Shown in pieces: positions 36,053-46,929 of a DNA stretch of 64,000 nt (position 1 is its first letter; every line of letters begins with the position of its first letter). The position numbers and the translations under genes are program-made. The stretch lies in assembly GCA_052327205.1 (NCBI GenBank), contig CM126205.1:250170001-250234000 (forward strand). Direction: 5' to 3'. The notes beneath the pieces are model-generated. The model was not told where the DNA came from. It did no database searches and saw only the letters and a list, made by a program, of their open reading frames with translations. Source of the stretch: Somniosus microcephalus (lineage: Eukaryota).

Positions 36053-36699
36053 CTATGCTTCTATTTACCCTATCCTATTCTTTCATAGTTTTAAACACTT
36101 CTATATCACCCCACAATCTGCATTGTTCGAATGAAAAAAGCTTTCAAGTTTTTCTTTATCCTCATACCAGGCAGCATCCTAATGAATCTGAATTGTACCC
36201 TCACGAAAGCCTTAATGTCTTTCCTAAAGTGTGGAGCTAAACTCTGCACTCAATACTTTAAGGTCTTAATAAGGTTTTATATAGGCTCATCGTTACCTCT
36301 TGCCTTTTATATTCTATACCTCATGATAAAACCTAGAATGCTATTAGCTTTTTTTGTAATGGCCTAACTGAGGCGCTGTCTTTAATGTCCTGTGAACCTA
36401 TACCCTTCACCCCTTCCCCCACCCCCAGCTCTTCCACAGCACTTAGCCTACTTCCTTTCAGAGTATAATTACTAGTTATTTTTGTTACCTCACACTTATT
36501 GACACTGCTACTTTTTAGCCCATTCCCCCATATTATCATTATCCCATTGCAGCTTCCTTTGGTTTTTGTAGGAATTAACTTTACCTCCTATTTTGGTATC
36601 ATTTGCAAATTTTGACAGAACTCCCTCTAGGCCTATATCCAAATCATTGAAATACAGTGAACAGTAGTGGCCCCAGAACTGAATCCTGTGGGACACCAC

Positions 36700-36856
36700 C
36701 AATGTTCGCTTTAAGCCACGCAGCGCTCTGGAGGTTCCGCGCAGCCAGTGAGCCAGCTTTTAAATGGAAAAACGGCATATGCGCGGAATTTTGAACGGGC
36801 CACACAACCCAATAAAAGGGCCGTGAGGTGCAAAAAAAAAATTTGAGAGAGCATTG
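36700..36856. mobile_element. hAT-like MITE (157 bp)
   Basis: TIRs caatgttcgctttaa / tttgagagagcattg. Flanks gacaccac and ga--ccac fit an eroded 8-bp TSD. Confidence 0.6.
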
Positions 36857-37380
36857 GACCACTTCTAACCACTCTGAAAATATGCCCATAACTCCTACTC
36901 TGTTTTCTCCCTCCTAATCAATCTTTAATCCAGTTTGCTATCCTTCAATTCCATACCCTTTAACTGCCTCTAATAATCTACCATTATACCTTGTCAAAGG
37001 CTTTTCTAAAGTCCATGTACACTACATCCACTGCATTTTCCCCATCTACCATGTCTGATACCTCCTCAAATAATTCTGAGGTTTGTCAAGCACACTCATC
37101 CCTTTTGAAAATGCATGTTGTCTACTTTTAACTATTTTCTCTTTATTTAGATACATACTAATTTCATCCTTAATTAAAGACTCTAACATTTTCTCTGCCA
37201 CAGCTGTTCACAGGTCTATAATTATTCAGATTAACTTTGTCTCCCTTTTTAAAAATGGGTACTGCATTATCCACACTCAATAGAGCCCTGAAATATAAAT
37301 TCCGTGGCCTCTGCAATTTCCACCCTCATCTCCCTCAGGATCCTAGATTGTATCCTGTCTGGTCCGGGTGCTTTGTCACC

Positions 37381-37556
37381 TGGGATGGCAGACAGGGCCT
37401 TAGTTTAATATCTCCTCCAAAAGAAAGCACCTCCGACAGAGCAGCGCTCCCTCAGTACTGCACTGAAGCGCCAGCCTAGATTATGTGTTGAAATGGGGCT
37501 TGAAACCACAACCTTCTGACTCAGAAGACTGTTATCATTGAGCCAAGGCTGACACC
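37381..37556 (-). mobile_element. Partial Deu-SINE (5' half)
   Basis: Aligns to 6760-6942. Confidence 0.75.
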
Positions 37557-37765
37557 TAATGTCACGGTATGTTGTTAGTGACGTGTGTCATTGTGAACTG
37601 TTGATTCCTTTCTTTTTAGTGATATTTGTTTGTTGGGATATGTCGCTGATTGATCACTATGTATTTGTCTGCAATAAATGGGTGTATAGCTGGTCATTTA
37701 TTTTAGTATGCATCGCACGATTTTTGTGTGCCTGTGCCCTCTGATGGTTTGGGAACACAAACACA

Positions 37766-40680
37766 CAACAACAACTTGTATTTATATAGCGCCTTTAACA
37801 TAGTAAAATATCCCAAGGCGTTGCACAGGTGTATTATAAGACAAAAAATTTGACACCGAGTCACATAAGGAGAAATGAGGGCAGGTGACCAAAAGCTTGG
37901 TCAAAAAGGTAGGTTTTAAGGAGTGTCTTAAAGGAGGAAAGAGAGATAGCGAGGCGGAGAGGTTTAGGGAGGGAATTCCAGAGCTTAGGGCCTAGGCAAC
38001 AGAAGGCACGGACACCAAAGGTTGAGCGATTATAATCAGGGATGCTCAAGAGGGCAGAATTAGAGGAGCGCAGATATCTGAGGGGGGTTCACAGAATCAC
38101 AGAAACCCCACAGTGCAGATAGAGGCCATTTCGGCCCATCGAGCCTGCACCGACACATATCCCACCCGATCCCCGTAACCCCTACACCAACACATATCCC
38201 ACCCTATCCCCGTAGCCCCACGTATTTAATCCCCCTAACACTAAGGGTCAATTTATCATAGCCAATCAACCTAACCCGCACATCTTTGGACTGTGGGAGG
38301 AAACCGGAGCACCCAGAGAAAACCCACGCAAACACGGGGAGAATGTGCAAACTCCACACAGTCACCCGAGGCCGGATTCGAACCCGGGTCCCTGGCGCTG
38401 TGAGGCAACAGTGCTAACCACTATGCCACCGTGCTGCCCTTGTGGGGCTGAAGGAAATTACAGAGATAGGGAGGGGCGAGGCCATGGAGGGATTTGAAAA
38501 TAAGGATGAGAATTTTGAAATCGAGGCGTTGTTTCACCGGGAGCTAATGTAGGTCAGCGAGCACAGGGGTGATGGGTGAACAGGACTTGGTGTGAGTTAG
38601 GACACGGGCAGCCGAGTTTTGCATCACCTCAAGTTTACACAGGGTAGAATGTGGGAGACCAGCCAGGAGTGCGTTGGAATAGTCAAGTCTAGAGGTAGCA
38701 AAGGCATGGATGAGGGTTTCAGCAGTGGATGAGCTGAGGCAAGGGCGGAGACGGGCGATGTTACGGAGATGGAAATAGGTGGTCTTTGTTATGCTGCGGA
38801 TATGTGGTCGAAAGCTCATTTCAGAGTCAAACATGTCACCAAGGTTGCGAACAGTGTGGTTCAGCCTCAGACAGATGTTAGGGAGAGGGAGAGTGACTAG
38901 GGAACGGAGTTTGTGGCGGCGACCAAAAACAATGGCTTCGTTCTTCACAATATTTAATTGGAGAAAATTTCTGCTCATCCAGAACTAGATGTCGGACAAG
39001 CAGTCTGACAATTTAGAGACCGTGGAGGGGTCGAAAGAAGAGGTCGAGCTGGGTATCGTCAGCGTACATGTGGAAACTGACGCTGTGTTTTCGGATGAGG
39101 GGCAACATGTAGATGAGAAATAGGAGGGGGGCCAAAGATAGATCCTTGGGGGACACCAGAGGTAATGATGCGGGAGTGGGAAGAGAAGCCGTTGAAGGTG
39201 ATTCTCTAGCTACGATTAGATAGATAAAAATGGAACCAGGCGAGTGCAGTGCCACCCAGCTGGACGAAGGTGGAGAAGCGTTGGAGAAGGATGGAGAGGT
39301 CAACCGTGTCAAAGGCCGCAGACAAGTCAAGAAGGACAAAGAGGGATAGTTTACCTTTGTCACAGTCACAAAGGATGTCATTTGTGACTTTGATGAGAGC
39401 CGTTTTGGTACTGTGGCAAGGACGGAAACCTGATTGGAGGGATTGAAACATGGAATTGCAGGAAAGATGAGCACCGATTTGGGAGGCGACAACACATTCA
39501 AGGACTTTGGAGAGGAAAGGGAGGTTGGAGATGGGGTGGTAGTTTGCAAGGACAGAGGGGTCAAGGGTTGTTTTTTTGAGGGGTGATGACGGCAGATTTG
39601 AGGGAGATGGAGGCAGTACCTGAGAACCGTTAACAATGTCAGCTAACATGGGAGCCAGAAAAGGAAGTTGGGCGGTCAGCAGTTTGGTGGGAATAGGGTC
39701 GAGGGAGCAGGAGGTGGGTCTCATGGACAAGATGAGCGCAGAGAGGTCATGAGGGGAGATCAGAGAGAAACTGGAGAAAGATGTGAGTTCAGGGCTAGGG
39801 CAGGGGGGAACCTTAGAGGAAGTATGGCCCGGTGGGCATGGGGAAGGAAGGGAAGTGGCAGAGGCAGCTGAATGGATGGTTTCAATCTTAGAGACAAAGA
39901 AGTCCATGAGCTCCTCACTTGTTATTGGAGGTGAGGGTGAAGGAGACAGGGTAGAGGGGTTTAAGAAGATGGTTAGCAGTAGAGAATAAGAGCCGGGGTT
40001 TATCTTTGCATTCCAGAATGATTCTGGAATAGTGAGCAATTTTGGCAGATGAGAGCAGGACCCGATAATGCTTTATGTGGGCCAGCCAGATCTGGTGATG
40101 AATAGCTAAACCAGTTGTCCGTCATATCCATTCAAGTCTGCGTCACTTGGACTTAAGGGAGAGAAAATGAGAGTTGTACCAGGGGGAATGGCAAGGGTGA
40201 GAGAGTAATTGTTTTAGTAGGGACTAGGGCATCAAAGGTGGTGGTGAGGGTGTGGTTGAGCAGATCGGTAGCTACAGAAATGTCATGGTGAATGGAGGGC
40301 CAAAGGCTGGGCAGTTGGGATTTCATAATTGCAGTTGTAAGAGTTGGGAGAGTTTCTTCCAGGGGCGGACACAGAAGTAGGGTTGGGGGGTGGGTGGAAG
40401 GGGGATGTAGGTGGAGAGCGATACAAGGAAGTGGTCAGAGATGGCCTTATCTGCGATTGACACGATAGGAGTAGCGAGGCCACGAGAGATGGCAAGGTCG
40501 ACGGGGTGGCCGTGAATATGGGTTGGGGAGTCTACATGGAGGGAGAGATTAAGGGAGGATAGGAGGCTAGTGAACTCGGATAGAGAGAGGATGATGAATT
40601 GAGATGGAGGTTGAAATCACCGAGGATGAGAAGTCATTTGGTGCAGAGGCTGAGGGAGGAGAGCAGTGAAGATATCTCAG
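37766..40680 (-). mobile_element. L2 LINE (EN-RT to 3' tail), frameshifted
   Basis: NYHPISNLPFLSKVLE, LLDLSAAFDTVD, YADDTQL and SRLDYSNALL motifs, with tail ggcgctatataaatacaagttgttgttg. Confidence 0.92.
38090..38439 (-). mobile_element. HE1 SINE (V-SINE of sharks and rays) inserted in the L2
   Basis: Head gggcagcacggtggcatagtggttagcactgttgcctcacagcgccagggacccgggttcgaatcc, V-domain gtgtggagtttgcacattctcccc, and a CR1-type tail (attctgtg). Confidence 0.9.
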
Positions 40681-43468
40681 TAATCCAGAGGCCTGGACTA
40701 ATGATCCAGAGACGTGAGTTCAAATCCCACCACGGCAGCTGGGGAATTTAAATTCAGTTAATTAAATAAATCTGGAATAATTACTAGTATCAGTAATGGT
40801 AACCATGAAACTATCGGATTGTTGTAAAAACCCATCTGGTTCACTAATGTCCTTTAGAGAAGGAAATCTGCCGTCCTTACCTGATCTGGCCTCTATGTGA
40901 CTCCAGACCCACACAAATGTTGCTGACTCTTAACTGCGCTCTGAAATGGCCTAGCAAGTCACTCAGTTGTAACTAACCGCTACGAAAAACATTAATAAGA
41001 ATGAAACTGGACGGAACACCAGTTATCGACCTTGGCACTGGCTACGGACACGGCAATGGCACACCCAGCCCAGTCGACCCTGCAAAGTCCTCCTCACCTA
41101 CATCTGGGGACTTGTACCAAAATTGGGAGCGCTGTCCCACAGACTAGTCAAAAAACAGCCTGAATCATACCTTTCAGTCAATGTCCCAAACTCCTCCATC
41201 ACCATCCCTGGGTATGTCCTGTCCCACCGGCAGGACATACCCACCAGGGGTGGCGGCACAGTAGCATACAGTCAGGAAGGAGTGGCCCTAGGAGTCCTCA
41301 ACATTGACTCCGGATCCCATGAAGTCTCATGGCTTCAGGTCAAGCATGGGCAAGGAAACCTCCTGCTGATTACCACCTACTGCCCTCCCTCAGCTGATGA
41401 ATCAGTACTCCTCCATGTTGAACACCACTTGGAAGAAGGACTGAGAGTAGCAAGGGCACAGAATGTACTCTGGGTGGGGGACTTCAATGTCCATCATCAA
41501 GAGAGGCTCGCTTGCACCACTACTGACTGAGCTGGCCAAGTCCTGAAGGACATAACTGCCAGTCTGGGCCTGCAACAGGTGGTGAGAGAACCAACACGAG
41601 GGAAAATTCTACTTGACCTCATCCTCACCAATCTACCTGTCGCAGATGCATCTGTCCATGACAGTATTGGTAGCAGTGACCACCGCACAGTCATTGTGGA
41701 GACAAAGTCCCGCCTTCACACTGAGGATATCCTCCATCGTGTTGTGTGGCACTAACACCGTGCTAAATGGGATAGATTCAGAACAGATCTAGCAGCTCAA
41801 AACTGGGCATCCATGAGGTGCTGTGGGCCATCAGCAGCAGCAGAATTGTATTCCACCACAATCTGTAACCTCATGGCTCAGCATATCCCTCACTCTACCA
41901 TTACCATCAAGCCAGGGGACCAACCCTGGTTCAATAAGGAGTGTAGAAGAGCATGCCAGGAGCAGCACCAGGCACACCTAAAAATGAGGTGCCAACCTGG
42001 GGAAGCTGCAACACAGGACTACATGCATGCTAAAATGCAGAAGCAGCATGCTATAGACAGGGCTAAGCGATCCCACAATCAACGGATCAGGTCAAAGCTC
42101 TGCAGTTCTGCCACATCCAGTCGTGAATGGTGGTGGACCATTAAACAACTAGCGGGAGGAGGAGGCTCCATGAATATCCCCAACCTCAATGATGGTGGAG
42201 CCCAGCACATGAGTGCAAAAGACAAGGCTGAAGCGTTTGCAATCATCTTCAGCCAAAAATGCCAAGTGGATGATCCATATCGGCCTACTCCTGAGGTCCC
42301 CAGCATCACAGAAGCCAGTCTTCAGCCAATTCGATTCACTCCACGTGACATCAAGAAACGGCTGAGCACACTGGATACAGCTAAGGGCCCCGACAACATC
42401 CCGGCTATCGTGCTGAAGAATTGTGCTCCAGAACTAGCCGTGCCTCTAGCCAAGCTATTCCAGTACAGCTACAACACCGGCATCTATCCGACAATGTGGA
42501 AAACTGCCCAGGTATGTCCTGTTCACAAAAAACAGGACAAATCCAACCCGGCCAATTACCGCCCCATCAGTCTACTCTCAATCATCAGCAAAGTGATGTA
42601 AGGTGTCGTCGACAGTGCTCATTGATAACCTGCTCACCGATGCCCAGTTTGGGTTCCGCCAAGACCACTCGTTCCCGGCCTCATTACAGCCTTGGTCCAA
42701 ACATGAAGTAACTGAATTCCAGAGGTGAGGTGAGAGTGACTGCACTTGACATCAAGGCAACATTTGACCGAGTCTGGCGTCAAGGAGCCCTAGTAAAACT
42801 GAAGTCAATGGGAATCGGAGGGAAAATGCTCCACTGGCTGGAGTCATACCTAGCACAAAGGAAGATGGTTGTGGTGGTTGAAGGTCAATCATCTCCACCT
42901 CAGGACATCGATGCAGGAGTTCCTCAGGGCAGTGTCCTAGGCCCAACCATCTTCAGCTGCTTCATCAATGACCATCCCTCCAACATAAGGTCAGAAATGG
43001 GGATGTTCGCTGATGACTGCACAGTGTTCAGCGCCATTCACAACTCCTCAGATAATGAAGCAGTCCATGCCTGCATGCAACAAGACCTGGACGACGTTCA
43101 GGCTTGGGCTGATAAGTGGCAGGTAGCATTCGCGCTACACAAGTGCCAGGCAATGAATATCTCCAACAAGAGAAAGTCTAACTACTGCTCTTTGACATTC
43201 AATGGCATTACCATCGCCACATCCCCCACCATCAACATCCTGGGGGTCACCATTGACCAGAAACTTAACTAGACCAGCCACATAAATACTGTGGCAACAA
43301 GAGCAGGTCAGAGGATGGGTATTCTGCAGCGAGTGTCTCACCGCCTGCCTCCCCAAAGCCTTTCCACCATCTACAAGGCACAAGTCAGGAGTGTGCCTCC
43401 ACTTGCCTGGATGAGTGCAGCTCCAACAACACTTAAGAAGCTCGACACCATCTAGGACAAAGCAGCTC
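40681..43468 (+). mobile_element. CR1-group LINE with a tRNA-like 5' head and a single APE-RT ORF (frameshifted, 3' end missing)
   Basis: B-box-like gagttcaaatccc at ~40717. Endonuclease residues start by ~41095 (TYCPPS, GDFN, SDH), then NYRPISLLS, QGSVLGP and FADDC. Confidence 0.85.
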
Positions 43469-43848
43469 GGTGGTGAGGCAATCGCTGCAGAATACCTAGC
43501 CTCTGACCTGCTCTTGTTGCCACAGTATTTATGTGGCTGGTCCAGTTAAGTTTCTGGTCAACGGTGACCCCCAGGATGTTGTCGTGGGGGATTCAGCGAT
43601 GGTAATGCCGTTCAACGTCAAGGGGCAGTGGTTATACTCTCGCTTGTTGGAGATAGGCATTGCGTGGCACTTGTGTGATGCAAATGTTACTTGCCGCTTA
43701 TCAGCCCAAGCCTGGATATCGTCCTGGCCTTGGTGCATGCGGGCACGGACTGCTTCATTATCTGAGGAGTTGCGAATGGAACTGAGCACTGTGCAATCAT
43801 CAGCGAACATCCCCACTTCTGACCTTATGATGGAGGGAAGGTCAACAT
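43469..43848 (-). mobile_element. Inverted fragment of the same LINE family
   Basis: Reverse complement of ~42970-43345 (DLPSIIRSEVGMFADDCTV). Confidence 0.85.
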
Positions 43849-43990
43849 TGTAAATGTTGACCCGAAAAGTGCTTCTGAAATAGCATGACACAGAAACTAA
43901 GAGTAATGTTAACTGGAAATGTGCAACATATTTATTAATATAAGCTAGCGGATCTCCTGTGGCGTTGCAGAGAGTAAGCTGGAATATACA

Positions 43991-44120
43991 GGGGTAGATT
44001 TTTCTATTTCCTGCCTAGGTAATCTGGAGGAGGGAGCGCCTACCCATTACACAATCCACCTGATTTTCATTCCATTGAAATCAGATTACCAACCATGCAG
44101 TGAGCACGAAAATCTACCCC
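43991..44120. mobile_element. Short MITE
   Basis: TIRs ggggtagatttt / aaaatctacccc. Confidence 0.65.
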
Positions 44121-44123
44121 ATG

Positions 44124-44801
44124 GGCCCCGATATTTACTGCGGCGTGCAGGGGAGGAGTTACGGACAAGTTTCCCCGATTGCAATGTAGTTTTAACTACA
44201 GGGCGTGTTAGAATTTTTTTTCCGGGTTTCCCGCCCGACCGTCAGCCTGTCAGGTGGAGAAGGCTGCAGGAATAGCTAAGTTTGGGGAGGGGGAAAATGG
44301 TGATTGCGGTTTTGGGGGGGGGGGGGGCATGTGACAGGGAAAATTACAGATTGCAGGGGGGGTGGAGGGAAGGGATAGAGATTGGGGGGGGGGAAGAGAG
44401 AAGATCAGTGATCGCGGGGGGTTGGGTTGGAAGGAGATGGGGGGGGGGAAGGGGTTACATGGTTAGCTTGTTGGGCCTGGTGGAAACACTCCTGCTTCTC
44501 CTGGCCCACAAGCTGTGCTGTAAAGATACTTACCTTATGGATCCAGCCCTTCTTGCCCCCTTTTACCTACCTGTTTCACAAGGCCAGGAAAGCCCGGCCG
44601 ACATGAGTTAAAAATAGAAACCTTGTTAAATTGGAAGCACGCAGCCTCCTTAAAAGGTTTTAATGATTGCCCCACCTCCTGGGAGTGGATTGGTTGGCCG
44701 CCTCCCATAACACTGGAAGTGGCCGAGTTCGAGACAGCTTGGGTTCAGGTTTGAAATTTTTTAAATTTTAACTTCCGTTTTTGGAGGTTAAAATTACCCT
44801 C
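44124..44801. mobile_element. Harbinger-type MITE with a G-rich core
   Basis: Degenerate termini ggccccgatattt / aaaattaccctc, atg on both flanks, and a layout similar to 6946-7785. Confidence 0.5.
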
Positions 44802-46571
44802 ATGGTGACGTTCTGTCTCCGTTGTGTTCCTGTTGCTGTTCTGTTTCAATCGCTCCCTTACTCTTGTTTGATGGGTCTCTGTCCTTAACTGTTATTGTCA
44901 ATTTTGTCTCTGTGCCCATTTGTTTTTGTGTCTTTTTCTATTTTCCTTTTGGGTAAGGAGATGGCGTGGCATCAAGACAGAACCAAGAGAATGGGGAGAG
45001 GCCAAGCCTTTAGGCAAGTAGCATCAGATGCCTGGCCATCTATTTTTTTTTAATTGCCAGGAGCAGGGCAGAGTGAGGTGTGAACTGGACAATTTTTGGA
45101 AATAATTTATCAAATTAAAGTGGCTCACAACAGAAAACTTTGTAAACATAACATTTAATGGGGCAGGAGAAACTATTTTACATACAAAATTTAATGCGAT
45201 CAGAGTAGTAAGGGGCCAGAATCAGAAGATATGCAAAATATAAAATGTAATGGCCAAAGGTTGACAGAGTCAGTAGTGGAAGGTGAGAGCATAGCAGAGC
45301 GTCAGGCAGGAAAAATAGGGAGGGCAGACTAAAAGCAGGAAAGGAAGGAGCAGGAGACCATGGCTCTGTCAAGCAGGGGCATGCAGAGCCGGAACAGGAG
45401 ACTAGAGCTCCGTCCGTAGCAGCCATGAGCAAGGGAAAAAAGCCTGATGGAGGTAGAGGTGGAAGTGCAGCCGAGCGATGAGTGGGCCATCGTGCAAGAA
45501 CAGTTTGGGCAGGGAGGAGTATGGCAGAGCTGTAAGCGGGCCACTTTGAAGCAACAGGGTGGTGGGTCGTGGGAGAAATGAGATTGGGGTAGGCCAGGTG
45601 GGGGAAGATCGTGCTGGACCAGCAAGGCTGGACCAAGCAGGGGAGCATAAAGAAAGGTTCCCTGAGGGCATGGAGCAGCCCTTATTGCAGAGAAGGCAGG
45701 GGGCAGAAACTAGGAAACAAGACACAGCCCAATAGTGGAGTATCATAGGAGTGCAAGTGCAGGCGGGCAGGTCACCAAAGAAATGGAGCTGGAGACCTAG
45801 AAGAGGCAAAAAAAAGTTTCAAAATTAATTAAAATATAAGCATATAAAAGTATTTAAAATATATAGAAAGCTAAAAGCTTTACATAAAAAGTTAAATTAC
45901 TTATCTAGAAGCAGAAAAGCAAACTTGGGAGAGGCACCAAAAAATCATGAGCTCTCAATTGTAAATTATTACCCTAGGCAGTTTCAATGTTAAATATTGA
46001 CAAAAAGTGACAAGAAATTGTGACAGCAGAGAGTGGTTTAGTTGGACAGAAAATATTCACATATTTTCAGTTAGATATATGTATAAGTTGCATATAAAAC
46101 ATGGCACATGATTGTTTAGATCCTTTCTTGTCTAATGAAAGATGCTGGTAGTGCAATCTTTTAATTGGTAACATGCCTAGACTTGGTGAGTGCTGCACCC
46201 ATACATTCCTTTTGCATGTAAAGTAATTTCAATAATTTCTGGTCTATACTTGCAGAATTATGTTGAGCACAACATATTTCTACTTGCTGTCATAGCTTTC
46301 TGATCTATTGTATTAGGCAAGTCATCTTAGGTTGTAGTTATACTACCACTTTTGCATTGATGCAAAGCAGTTTCAGGTGCACATCAACCTGAAAATGGCA
46401 GTCTAACTTAGGAATCAGGTCGCAGTTTTACTCGGGTGGCACTAAAGCCAAACAGCTTCCAGGAATCCATCGCACATTACATGAGCTTGGCAACAGGTGG
46501 AATATAACTCTAATCAAATGTGAAACCAGGTTTAAAAACTCTTGGGACATTTTTTTATAAAATTAGTATTG

Positions 46572-46926
46572 TGTAGGAACGGAGGTTCCTAGCTGAATAA
46601 AGTATCCGACTCGATGAATCAAATCAACAGGTTTTAATGAACAACGAAGTTAGCAGGGAAACTACAGGAGAAACGGTATACAGGTCTATACAGCTTGCTG
46701 GGCACTCGACGACTACTGGAAGATTCTGGAAGCTGACGTCATGACGTCATCACGTTCTTCGCGCCACTGGTGGTCACGTGAGCAGCGTTATGACGTCATC
46801 ACGTGGAGTGCAGGAAAACACCATACAGTACAGTTAACAGTTTAAAGGTGCAGTCCGCGGTTGCACTATACTGTAGTTAAAGGGATTATTAATAATTGTT
46901 CTGAGACCCTTGGTGGCTCTGCCACA
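46572..46926 (-). repeat. 3' LTR of Gypsy A (355 bp)
   Basis: Near-identical to 50880-51236 (about six substitutions and two small indels by eye). Confidence 0.97.
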
Positions 46927-46929
46927 GGC

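Larger units (their letters stand above)
35320..37380 (-). mobile_element. Old CR1 (RT to tail) interrupted by a SINE and a MITE
   Basis: GVPQDSVLGPLLF and SKFANDTKIGG motifs on the minus strand, with a tail near 35320-35360. Confidence 0.75.

Noticed and set aside
38370-38439. tRNA genes at SINE heads (also ~6880-6942, ~35985-36052, ~56730-56800)
   Set aside because: Each continues into a SINE body and tail and lacks a full cloverleaf with terminator.
45178-45809. Three overlapping minus-strand ORFs in a purine-biased stretch
   Set aside because: Compositional bias explains the lack of stops, and there is no recognisable domain or splice structure.
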